Part shown: positions 8,288 through 16,441 of the stretch, in pieces | Position numbering within the stretch: position 1 is the first letter of the stretch | Layout of the letters: every line of letters starts with the position of its first letter | IMG/VR virus record: IMGVR_UViG_3300050494_000042 | From: a virus | Strand: one strand, 5' to 3' | DNA: 29,676 nt | Program-made: the position numbers and the translations under genes | Notes under the pieces: generated by a model | What the model saw: the letters and a program-made list of their open reading frames with translations, nothing else | Database searches by the model: none | What the model was told of the DNA's origin: nothing

Positions 8288-8669
8288 GTCTCGTTACGCT
8301 CCCCTTTTGGTGTTAATTTGTGTGTCTTGTGGACCCCGTCCTGCTACCAACCTCAATCCCGCCCCGATTCACGACGTTGGATGGACTGTGCTAGTCAGAG
8401 ACCATCAAACGGCTCAATGGTACGTGGGACAGCGAGTTCGTATCCGGTTTGAGAAAAGCGAGTACCGAACCGTGAGTGGGGAAACTCACATCTGGATTGC
8501 GGACAAGGAAGTTCCCCCCACCATCATCTGTCGGGGGGAACTTCCCCCACCCTTCACCTCAATTACAATCACGGGTATCTGCAAGTCCGTAAATCGGGAT
8601 GGACGGTGGCGAAGTCCCCGGTGTGACTTCTGTGTGATCATCGAAGAATGCTCCGTCACGGTCCGTTAG
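8286..8669 (+). CDS. putative lipoprotein with an OB-fold-like domain
   Basis: MSRYAPLLVLICVSC lipobox-like leader. YVGQRVRI…ITITGIC…IIEECSV resembles tRNA_anti-like OB lipoproteins. Confidence 0.6.
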   Translation: MSRYAPLLVLICVSCGPRPATNLNPAPIHDVGWTVLVRDHQTAQWYVGQRVRIRFEKSEYRTVSGETHIWIADKEVPPTIICRGELPPPFTSITITGICKSVNRDGRWRSPRCDFCVIIEECSVTVR

Positions 8670-9108
8670 CGGGATGTCGGAGTGCTCCCAGGACTTCCCT
8701 GCGGAACTTCTCATTTTCCGCAGACTGATGAACGCGGCTCTTTTCCCCCTCGGTGATGAAGGTAGCCAAAATTCGACTGACGTTTTCGTTGGCTTCCTTC
8801 CGTGCCCGGTCGTTCTCCATCGCACAGTGATTTCTTAGGAGTTCCGACTGAGCATTGGCTTCTCGCATCCGACCGGCTTCCGCGTCCTGACGCTCTCTGC
8901 GTTCTGCGGCACGTTCTTCTTTCTCACTCCAAATCTGGAATCCGAACGCCGTGATAATTGCAAACAGAACCATTATCAGCCCCACATGGACGATTTGTTG
9001 GGGCGTCATCCCCCCAACTTTGGTAACAGCCGCAGCCCCTGCATCGACTAGCTGGGCATGAATCGCTGTTCGGGGTTGTTCAGGGGCTGGTGTCGGAGAA
9101 TCGGACAT
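8656..9108 (-). CDS. single-TM coiled-coil protein (lysis-associated candidate)
   Basis: TM segment IVHVGLIMVLFAIITAFGFQIW followed by a charged helical region. Confidence 0.75.
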   Translation of the reverse strand: MSDSPTPAPEQPRTAIHAQLVDAGAAAVTKVGGMTPQQIVHVGLIMVLFAIITAFGFQIWSEKEERAAERRERQDAEAGRMREANAQSELLRNHCAMENDRARKEANENVSRILATFITEGEKSRVHQSAENEKFRREVLGALRHPANGP

Positions 9109-9116
9109 CTGTAACC

Positions 9117-9533
9117 TCAGTCGTGTTTACTGAGTGATGGGATCTTCGCGGCCACGTTACGGTCGGATAAATCGAATACCACCGCCACGACAACCCGCTG
9201 GAGATTGGCTGCTTTGGGCAGCAGCATGACTTCGACAGGGAAAACGGTTCCGTTCTGGCGTCTGCCCTGAAGAGCCAGCAATCGCCCCATCAGACGCGGC
9301 TCCGGGTTCGCTGCGAACGAGGGGCGGTGTTCTTTGGAGTGTTTCTCACGTTTGTCGTCGGGGATAAGGACTTCGACTGGACGTCCTTCCAGGTCACCGG
9401 GAATGCGATACCCAAACATCTCTTCTAGGGTTTTGGTGGCCCAATTGATGACTCCCCGGTTCATATCGACTTCGAGGATCGCTAAATGACCCGACAGAAG
9501 ATCGACAATTTCCGTGTTGGTGAGGACTCTCAT
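9117..9533 (-). CDS. stand-alone PAS-domain protein (FixL-like)
   Basis: AILEVD..G.I.W....EEMFGY....L.G.PVEVLIP......H…R.MG…GRRQNGTVFPVEV.L. Confidence 0.9.
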   Translation of the reverse strand: MRVLTNTEIVDLLSGHLAILEVDMNRGVINWATKTLEEMFGYRIPGDLEGRPVEVLIPDDKREKHSKEHRPSFAANPEPRLMGRLLALQGRRQNGTVFPVEVMLLPKAANLQRVVVAVVFDLSDRNVAAKIPSLSKHD

Positions 9534-9871
9534 TTTGGTTTGGTTCCGTAGACTCTTTCCCGAAGTTCCCGATTCTCCATCCGAAGTTCCCGATTCTCAC
9601 GCTCGAAGGACTTGATTTCCCCCTCCATTCTGGAAACGGCTACTTCTGCCTCTTCCCGACGTCTCCGTTCTTCTTCAAGGCATCTAGAAGACCCCTGATA
9701 GTCCTCCTGGCAACGGGAAATCTGTCGCTTCAGGAAACCCAGTTTGGCATCAAAACGAAGTTTGTCCTGCTCCCGTAGTCGATTAACGTAGAGTGTCGCC
9801 ACTCCAGCTACCGGGGCGAGAATCGAACCGATCACAGCCAGCACTTCTACCAAAGACAAAGGGCTTCTCAC
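9530..9871 (-). CDS. single-TM coiled-coil protein
   Basis: N-terminal TM plus heptad-rich region. A GTG start overlapping the KTSC stop is likely (track start 9913). Contains a 21-bp tandem repeat (ENRELR twice). Confidence 0.75.
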   Translation of the reverse strand: MRSPLSLVEVLAVIGSILAPVAGVATLYVNRLREQDKLRFDAKLGFLKRQISRCQEDYQGSSRCLEEERRRREEAEVAVSRMEGEIKSFERENRELRMENRELRERVYGTKPK

Positions 9872-10218
9872 AGTGGTCCCGTAACGGGGATATTGGCTTT
9901 TCTCCATTCCCAAATCACCTTGCCCGGCTCACCGGCTCCGGAGAGTTGCTGGAATGCCTGCTCTCCCTGATCGGCATTGTAGAACAAGTATTTGTATGTT
10001 GTCACACCCTTGTTCCCCTTCGCTCGGAACTGCACCCACACCTCCGATGGTCCCCCAGTGCTAGAGTCACGACGGTCCACAAAGCGAAATGCTTGAAGGT
10101 GGGAACTGTCCGGAGCCGGAACCCATTCGGTTTGAGACGCTCCAGGTTCACCTTCGAGCGGAGACATGGGGTGGTCGACTGGCACGATGGAAACTCCCAC
10201 AGGTCGAGTCAGGATCAT
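9868..10218 (-). CDS. KTSC-domain protein
   Basis: WVP..DSSHLQAFRF…VWVQF…YKY…FQQL..A..PGKVIW matches the KTSC pattern. Confidence 0.7.
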   Translation of the reverse strand: MILTRPVGVSIVPVDHPMSPLEGEPGASQTEWVPAPDSSHLQAFRFVDRRDSSTGGPSEVWVQFRAKGNKGVTTYKYLFYNADQGEQAFQQLSGAGEPGKVIWEWRKANIPVTGPL

Positions 10219-10294
10219 GCTACCCCTGAACCGGAAATAAGTCTACACAATTTCGATATCGTCTAATTGAACATATGTACACATCGGAATTCAC

Positions 10295-10981
10295 CTATTC
10301 TTTTGGTGTGGGCAGCACGTCATGGAACTTTTCGTGACATGCACGACACAAGACTGTCAAGTCCTCGGGTCGCTCGCAGCCGCGATTCTCATAGGTTCGA
10401 TGGTGAACGTTTAGTTCCCCAGACGAATTGCACAACTGGCATCGAAATTTCGCACGTTTCATTGCCAGCAACCGCACTTTCTTCCAGTGATCGGTTTCGA
10501 GGTACAAACAGTACGTCATTTCTCGTAACTTCTGGATTTCTTTTGGATATTTAGTCTTTGGTTTCGCATTGCTTGCGGACTTTTTAACCAAAGCAGAGAT
10601 TTCTTGCCACCGGAAGCGGAGGAGTTGTGTGTTTTTGGCACCCTTCTGTGTTTTGACTTCGAGCAGTTTCAGTTTAACCAGATTCAATAGAAGTCTCTTT
10701 CGGACCCTCGCTGTGATGTTGAGATTTTCTTGACATGAATTCGTGGTGCAGTAGAAAAACCCGTCTCCCTCTGCCTTCCCCGTTTCCCCATCCACACAGT
10801 GCATTCGGAACCAATCAATCAAGAACGACAAGAAACTTCCAAGCTCTAGCCCCAAAATCTCCTGTAACGTTCTGGGGCAGCACGCATAGCCCCCTTTTTC
10901 GTACAGGGAAGCAAGCCATTCTTCCCCGTCTTTTCTATTCAGGACAACGGACTGGAATCGGAGTGCGGTCTCGCGTACCAT
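10295..10981 (-). CDS. wHTH (replication-initiator-like) plus HNH endonuclease fusion
   Basis: C-terminal YL.T.HW…R…CQLC…LNVHHRTY…E..EDL.VLCRACH…H. N-terminal FFY.T….E.L.I…L.KLKLLEV. Confidence 0.85.
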   Translation of the reverse strand: MVRETALRFQSVVLNRKDGEEWLASLYEKGGYACCPRTLQEILGLELGSFLSFLIDWFRMHCVDGETGKAEGDGFFYCTTNSCQENLNITARVRKRLLLNLVKLKLLEVKTQKGAKNTQLLRFRWQEISALVKKSASNAKPKTKYPKEIQKLREMTYCLYLETDHWKKVRLLAMKRAKFRCQLCNSSGELNVHHRTYENRGCERPEDLTVLCRACHEKFHDVLPTPKE

Positions 10982-11021
10982 GACGGAGCCTTTCTTGCTC
11001 TTGGGGAGCAGTCAGAAAATC

Positions 11022-11052
11022 GAGAGCCAGCGGTCGCAACCCGCTGGCTCTC
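11022..11052 (-). terminator. 12-bp perfect hairpin upstream of the HNH gene (attenuator/terminator)
   Basis: GAGAGCCAGCGG-7 nt-CCGCTGGCTCTC, followed by GATTTTCT on the - strand. Confidence 0.55.
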
Positions 11053-11105
11053 ACAGTTTATCAGGCATTTCTGATACAATCCACATCCTGCCGACAGAAT
11101 CGAAT

Positions 11106-11134
11106 TTGCCTTCCAGGAAATCGTGTGCTAGGGT
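11106..11134 (+). promoter_or_regulatory. third, diverged member of the TTGCCT promoter family
   Basis: TTGCCT-TCCAGGAAATCGTGTGC-TAGGGT versus TTGCCT-TTCAGGGAATTGTGTCC-TATGGT. Confidence 0.75.
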
Positions 11135-11182
11135 TCTTTCGTTGAAGACACCCCGAACCCAACCCCACAAATCGAGAATAAT

Positions 11183-11656
11183 ATGTTCGTCAATCTCACC
11201 CCACACGCTATCACCCTTCAGGCGGCAGATGGTACTCGTTTCAGCGTCCGGCCTCGCCGGAAATGCCGCGTCTGCGGCGAGATTGATTGGCAAGGGGATG
11301 GCAATGTCCGCATCCCACTCACCGAGGGTATGACCTACTCGACCCCCGAATGCAAGTCCCACGACTTCGAGGTACTTCCGGCACGAATTGACTCCACGCC
11401 GGGAGTATGTGAGTTTACCCTCGGTGCCAAAGGCTTCGACGCAGGTATTGCCATTTACAGTCGCACGGCCTACGGATTACCAGCCGGTATTCCCGACTGT
11501 GACCCAAATGGAGTGAATACTTACATCGTGTCCGCTCTGTTCGCGGGTCGCGTCGGGGATCGGATCGACGTGGTGTACCCCGGTACTGGTCCCGCCGATG
11601 GATGCATTCGTGAAAACGGACAGGTCGTCGCGGTCACGCGACTGATCCGAGCGTGA
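11183..11656 (+). CDS. NLTPH-family protein (Crn4-like ring nuclease candidate) with a Zn-finger insertion
   Basis: NLTPH, PAR, GIP, YIVS, R.DV.YP.TG, R..GQV.AV..L, plus an extra CxxC…CxxH segment. The Crn4 assignment is from recall, not from a search. Confidence 0.6.
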   Translation: MFVNLTPHAITLQAADGTRFSVRPRRKCRVCGEIDWQGDGNVRIPLTEGMTYSTPECKSHDFEVLPARIDSTPGVCEFTLGAKGFDAGIAIYSRTAYGLPAGIPDCDPNGVNTYIVSALFAGRVGDRIDVVYPGTGPADGCIRENGQVVAVTRLIRA

Positions 11657-11684
11657 AATCCCGTCTACCACTTGGAGCGTTGCA

Positions 11685-11885
11685 ATGTCATCCCAAACCT
11701 TCCCCATCTGTCCGCTGTGCTTTCTGCCCATGACACCAGGGCAGGCGATTCACGACAATGACCTGTGTCCTGTTCACTTGGCATGTGCTCAGAAGATGCA
11801 GCGGGAACTGGAAGAAATCGACCTGGATGCCCAAGAACGGGATTTCAAGTATCGAGAACGAAACCACAACCCTGACGGGGATTAA
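11685..11885 (+). CDS. small Zn-finger protein
   Basis: CPLC…HLAC, GGAG RBS. Confidence 0.6.
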   Translation: MSSQTFPICPLCFLPMTPGQAIHDNDLCPVHLACAQKMQRELEEIDLDAQERDFKYRERNHNPDGD

Positions 11886-11944
11886 TCCGCTGCAGTGGAT
11901 TGGTAACTGCAAATACGACCACGCCAGTACAAAGGAACTCGCTC

Positions 11945-12127
11945 ATGTGGACCGAAGTGTATCAATGCCGAGTCTGCAAGATGCGGTATTCCCTGGAGCC
12001 GGTTTGTGCCCTCTGTCAGGAGCGTTCGTTCTGGAAGGATGACAACAATTTCCCGTGGGAAGTGCTGCTGTCTCTGGGACTCAGCGTGGCGTGTGCTGTC
12101 GGAGTCGTGTTATTCCTGATGAGGTGA
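11945..12127 (+). CDS. small Zn-ribbon protein with a C-terminal TM
   Basis: CRVC…CALC plus a hydrophobic tail, AAGGA RBS. Confidence 0.6.
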   Translation: MWTEVYQCRVCKMRYSLEPVCALCQERSFWKDDNNFPWEVLLSLGLSVACAVGVVLFLMR

Positions 12128-12133
12128 TTGAAT

Positions 12134-12382
12134 ATGCCACCATATGAATTGGTAATGAAGGACATGGATGACAAGATCGCTGCTGCCATTCGGAGCTTGC
12201 GATTAGAGATCGTGCAGGTCGGTCAGGGACACATGACCACTGCTCGGTACTACGCTGTCCTGTGGTGGGGGACAGAGAAGATTCAGGTCACTCTCATCGG
12301 TGATGATGGATTCAACGACGGGGACGAGAACGGAATGTCTTTCACTCCGAATCGTACCGTCCCAACAATGGGGGAGATTTGA
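12134..12382 (+). CDS. hypothetical protein
   Basis: GAGGTG RBS, tightly packed in the operon. Confidence 0.6.
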   Translation: MPPYELVMKDMDDKIAAAIRSLRLEIVQVGQGHMTTARYYAVLWWGTEKIQVTLIGDDGFNDGDENGMSFTPNRTVPTMGEI

Positions 12383-12615
12383 TGAAGAACCGAGACGATG
12401 AGAGTGAAGTCGAGGTTGGAATCTCGCGTTACAGTGGGGAGGAAGAAGAAATCACCATCACCCTGACCACTCCAAGAACCGAAACGGAGCCGAAAAAGAA
12501 GGTCTACATCACAATGACACCCCATGATTTCGCGATGGCATTGACTGGTCGGGGTGGAATGAAGGGACAGATGTGTCAGTTCACATTCGACAAAGTAACC
12601 AAGAAACCCAAATGA
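12382..12615 (+). CDS. hypothetical protein
   Basis: GGGGAG RBS, TGATG coupling. Confidence 0.65.
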   Translation: MKNRDDESEVEVGISRYSGEEEEITITLTTPRTETEPKKKVYITMTPHDFAMALTGRGGMKGQMCQFTFDKVTKKPK

Positions 12616-12624
12616 GGACTTCGA

Positions 12625-13308
12625 TTGTCAAGGATTCACTGCGTATTGATCTGCTTCAACAATCCGGAGCAGACTCTGACCCGATGGCAACGGGACGTCT
12701 TTCCCGGAGTCGAGTACACGAAGCAGGAACACTGCCTGACGGTGATTGACAATTCCGCCAAGCGATCCGAGATGCTGGCGGAAGGATTCGGCGAGAATTA
12801 CTTGTGGCAGGGGGGAAATAATCTACAATATGGCCCCTCCATCAACCTCGCCGTTCCTCGATTACCCTCCGACTACATCCTTTATGCCTGTACGAAACAC
12901 GGCAAGATGTTCGATCCGTCCTGGGTGTCTGATCTGCTCCATCCGTTCCAAGATGACGAGATGGTTGGCCAATCGGGGTTCTTGATGGGTTCCAACTCCC
13001 CAGAAGGTGTTGCCCACGCCATGAACTGCCCGTGGGTCAGGGAGCGGTTCCGATTCACCGATGAATCTGGAAACGGCTACGTCCCACAGCACATTCAGGG
13101 TGGGGTGTTCATGGGACGAACCCAGGCCATGCTGGAGAATCCCTACCATCCAGACATTGCACATTTGTACACGGATCATTATATCACCTGGGCGTTAATG
13201 AAAGACGGATGGAAGTGCGTGAATGTCCCCACCATCTGTTCCGTGTGGCGGTCCACCATTCAGAACCCCAATGGCATGAAATTCGTGCATTCTGACAACT
13301 TTACGTGA
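12625..13308 (+). CDS. GT-A/GT2-like glycosyltransferase (divergent)
   Basis: VLICFN, VIDNS, NLQYGPSINLA, SDYILY, WVSDL, HIQGGVFM, YTD…L..DGW. Confidence 0.75.
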   Translation: MSRIHCVLICFNNPEQTLTRWQRDVFPGVEYTKQEHCLTVIDNSAKRSEMLAEGFGENYLWQGGNNLQYGPSINLAVPRLPSDYILYACTKHGKMFDPSWVSDLLHPFQDDEMVGQSGFLMGSNSPEGVAHAMNCPWVRERFRFTDESGNGYVPQHIQGGVFMGRTQAMLENPYHPDIAHLYTDHYITWALMKDGWKCVNVPTICSVWRSTIQNPNGMKFVHSDNFT

Positions 13309-13317
13309 GAATCGTCA

Positions 13318-13830
13318 ATGCCATTGCTCTACGCCAATTTAAAGACTTTCGGAGTTCTTCCTGACGGGGAACCGGTGCCTGGATACGTCGATTCCCCCAC
13401 CAAAACGTATTCCATAAGCTCTGATGCTTTCCTTGTTGGAGAGCAGTGGCGTAACACTGAAGAAGAGAAGGATTCCATCTTATCCGGGGCATACGCCGAC
13501 GCTCTGCGGGAATGTGAAGTAGACTGTGACGTGTACCGGGCAGTGATTGAGTTCCTGATGCTCTGCTTTCGAGGTGGTCACCGAGACGGACAGTACAGAG
13601 ATATCGTTGGCTACCTCTTCGACTGTGACAGGAAGAATGTCCTGAAGGAGTTCCCGAAAGCATTCGTTGTCCAGGACGTTCGCAGACGACGAACACACTA
13701 CCGAATCGCGTCCGGCGTCTTCGATAACAGAGGCAGGAAGTTCCTTTGCAACTGGTGTCTGTCCGAAAAGAGAGCCTGGGCCGCAGCCGTGTCCTCCATC
13801 GCAAATCGCAAATGGGATCGATCAGCGTGA
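13318..13830 (+). CDS. hypothetical protein
   Basis: 170 aa, GTGA-coupled to the next gene. Confidence 0.65.
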   Translation: MPLLYANLKTFGVLPDGEPVPGYVDSPTKTYSISSDAFLVGEQWRNTEEEKDSILSGAYADALRECEVDCDVYRAVIEFLMLCFRGGHRDGQYRDIVGYLFDCDRKNVLKEFPKAFVVQDVRRRRTHYRIASGVFDNRGRKFLCNWCLSEKRAWAAAVSSIANRKWDRSA

Positions 13831-14225
13831 CTACTGAAGACGACTTCCAGAAGATGCTTGATCTTCACCCGGAGGACTGGCAGACACGACTGATCTTCGC
13901 CGACTGGTTGGAAGAAAGGAACAATCCACTCGCAATCGGGTATCGCATTCTCGGGTTGCATCGAATTGTTCCTTACAGAAGCTCAGCAACGGCAAGTTGG
14001 GTGTACTGCATCTGGGGCGGAAACTTCGTTGGGAGTCTTTGGGAAAAGCATCTACTCCCAGAACCGATTGATTACGAGATGATGTGTGACGCTGGCGGTG
14101 GCGAAGGACACGGATTCTCAGATTTATCAAGACGGGCACTTGAAGACCGTGCTGCCAGAGCCATTGCCGCATTGCCACCAGAACGAAAAGCCGAACTCCT
14201 TCAACAGGAATTATCACAAGCATGA
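13827..14225 (+). CDS. TIGR02996-domain protein, paralog 1
   Basis: TEDDFQKMLDLHPEDWQTRLIFADWLEERNNP.A. Confidence 0.85.
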   Translation: MTTEDDFQKMLDLHPEDWQTRLIFADWLEERNNPLAIGYRILGLHRIVPYRSSATASWVYCIWGGNFVGSLWEKHLLPEPIDYEMMCDAGGGEGHGFSDLSRRALEDRAARAIAALPPERKAELLQQELSQA

Positions 14226-14980
14226 AACCTCTCGCCGTGTTCACTATTTCTCGAAATGAAAAGTTTTTTCTACCGAGATGGCTTTCGTATTACAGCTACC
14301 TGAAAGCCGACCTATTCGTCCTCGATCACGAATCGGCTGACGGAAGTACGACGGGGATCAAGGCGAAGGTGGTCCCCGTCCACCGCGAGCACACCGACGA
14401 CGTCGGATGGATGCTTCGTACCGTCACGGAGTTCCAGCATGGACTCCTCAGTCACTACCACCGCGTTCTGTTCGCAGAAGTAGACGAGATTCTGTGTCCT
14501 GACCCACAGTCGTATCCGTCTACGAAATACAGTCCCCTTCAGTGCTATCTGGACTGTAATCAGCAATCGACCCTGACAGCCACGGGATACGACGTCTGTA
14601 ATTGTCCGGGGGATGTCCCGTTCGACCCCCGACGTCCGTTGCTATTCCAGCGGAAATGGAAACGCAACGGCCGCTACGACAAGACGCTCATCTCCACAAA
14701 GCCCCTGGAATGGGAAGTGGGCTTTCATCGGCTGAAGGGAGTACGGGAAGGAACCGACGAACACAATCCCGATCCGAACTTACTCCTGATTCATCTGCAC
14801 TACATGGACCGGGAAATCGCCTGGTCCCGGTTGGTCAGTCGAATGACGGGAAAGACACCGGCTCCTGGTGATTGGGGTGCTCAAAACAAACACGTCGAAA
14901 AGGAACCATTCGACCGTGATTTTGATGCTATGGTTGAGGGTGCTGTCGAAGTTCCTGACCGATGGAAGAGGATGCTGTGA
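14222..14980 (+). CDS. glycosyltransferase family 2 (Glyco_tranf_2_4-like)
   Basis: RNEKFFLPRWLSYY, VLDHESADGST, FAEVDEIL, W..GFH, LLLIHLHY.D. Confidence 0.88.
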   Translation: MKPLAVFTISRNEKFFLPRWLSYYSYLKADLFVLDHESADGSTTGIKAKVVPVHREHTDDVGWMLRTVTEFQHGLLSHYHRVLFAEVDEILCPDPQSYPSTKYSPLQCYLDCNQQSTLTATGYDVCNCPGDVPFDPRRPLLFQRKWKRNGRYDKTLISTKPLEWEVGFHRLKGVREGTDEHNPDPNLLLIHLHYMDREIAWSRLVSRMTGKTPAPGDWGAQNKHVEKEPFDRDFDAMVEGAVEVPDRWKRML

Positions 14981-15411
14981 CCACTGAGAAAGACTTCGAG
15001 AAGATGCTCGATGCGTGCCCAACTGACTGGGACACCCGAAAGATCTTTGCCGACTGGCTTCAAGATCGCGACGATCCGCGTGCGGAAGGAATTCGGGCGT
15101 TGGCTTTCTATCAAGAATTCCCCGCACTGGATGAAGCCACGTGGTTTAATAGAGACCAATACACTTCAAGCTACAAATTGCCGAGTGGACGTAAACACCA
15201 CGAAGGATTTCTTCCGAAGGACTGGTTCGATCTGATTGAAGGATATGACAGTCGAGACAGGGAATGGTGGAAGGATTTTTCACCAAAACACAAATCTGGA
15301 CGGTCCTCCAGAGCTAGAGCAGAAGACGCGGCGGCATTGGCATTCGCGAAACTTCCTGAAGAACGACGGCAGGAGTTACTTCAGCCTGTCCAGCAGGAGC
15401 AGACAGCATGA
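14977..15411 (+). CDS. TIGR02996-domain protein, paralog 2
   Basis: TEKDFEKMLDACPTDWDTRKIFADWLQDRDDPRAEGIR. Confidence 0.85.
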   Translation: MTTEKDFEKMLDACPTDWDTRKIFADWLQDRDDPRAEGIRALAFYQEFPALDEATWFNRDQYTSSYKLPSGRKHHEGFLPKDWFDLIEGYDSRDREWWKDFSPKHKSGRSSRARAEDAAALAFAKLPEERRQELLQPVQQEQTA

Positions 15412-15830
15412 CTAGCGAAGAGGACTTCTGGAGGCAAATTGACCAGAACCCAAAAGATTGGATGACTCGTTTGGTGTTCGCCGATTGGTTGTCCGACCAT
15501 GACGATCCGCGTGCGGAAGGAATGCGTGCTCTTGGTGTCCTCCGAACAGGAGTTCATTTTGCTTCTGGAGATCGAGTGTGGGCAATATTCTCCACGGAAT
15601 GGACACTGAAAGGACACTCAGACCCCAGTTGCGGTGTGCCAAAAGACTGGATCAAAGCAGTTCGTAGAACAGAGTTCGTCCATACGTGGGATAATTTTGG
15701 TTGTGTGTTCACAGTCGAAAGAAACGTGAGTAGGGTATCTGATCTTCTGAACGCACTGGCATGGGCTTTCTTTAATCTCCTCCCTGAACGCAAGCTCGAA
15801 CTTCTCCAACCGAAAGAACAACTCGTATGA
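15408..15830 (+). CDS. TIGR02996-domain protein, paralog 3
   Basis: SEEDFWRQIDQNPKDWMTRLVFADWLSDHDDPRAEGMR. Confidence 0.85.
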   Translation: MTSEEDFWRQIDQNPKDWMTRLVFADWLSDHDDPRAEGMRALGVLRTGVHFASGDRVWAIFSTEWTLKGHSDPSCGVPKDWIKAVRRTEFVHTWDNFGCVFTVERNVSRVSDLLNALAWAFFNLLPERKLELLQPKEQLV

Positions 15831-16441
15831 CCTGGGATGAACTCTTCCAAGCACCTGGACCTGACCGGCATTACGATGATCGGGTCTTGGGTCCGATTCA
15901 GAAGGCCGACGCTTGCCTGTTGGCCGCTGTGTGCAATTACATGCGTCCGGAAGCGGCTATCGAATACGGCTGTCTGGAAGGACACTCTGCGGCTGTGCTA
16001 GCTCGGTTCTGCAAGCGACTGTTCTGTGTCGAGATTGACCACGCTCGACAGGGACTGTGTCACGTGATCGACAAGAATCCCAATATCACCCACGTCCACG
16101 CCAGCATGACGGAGTGGGTGCCTCCGGAAGACGTGAAGGACATTGGTCTGGTGTACTTCGATGCCAGCCACAAATGCGAGGATTCTCTCGCGGCTTACGA
16201 CATTCTGGAATTCCGCCTGAGTCCCACGGCACTTCTGATTTGCCACGACACGGGCGACTGGTGCGATCCGTATCCCAACGAGGACTTCAAGAAGTTCACT
16301 GCACGGAAAGAAACCGTGGACGGGGAACGAGAATTCGTTCGGTGTCTGTTCCAACGAGGATGGCAGGCAATCGCGTTCGGATGTACGACGCAGTTCCGCC
16401 ACGGGTTGACGATTCTGCAACGCAGCACAGGATGGAAATAA
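15827..16441 (+). CDS. class I SAM-dependent methyltransferase (Methyltransf_24-like)
   Basis: IEYGCLEGHSA, CVEID, LVYFDASH, L…ALLICHD. Confidence 0.88.
   Translation: MTWDELFQAPGPDRHYDDRVLGPIQKADACLLAAVCNYMRPEAAIEYGCLEGHSAAVLARFCKRLFCVEIDHARQGLCHVIDKNPNITHVHASMTEWVPPEDVKDIGLVYFDASHKCEDSLAAYDILEFRLSPTALLICHDTGDWCDPYPNEDFKKFTARKETVDGEREFVRCLFQRGWQAIAFGCTTQFRHGLTILQRSTGWK

Noticed and set aside
11183-11656. AcrIII-1 (DUF1874) assignment
   Set aside because: It lacks the Y..N.FS..M and GH..T motifs of that family.
16057-16440. N-terminal extension of the 527-aa ORF
   Set aside because: It overlaps the methyltransferase out of frame. RGP homology begins at the ATG at 16441.
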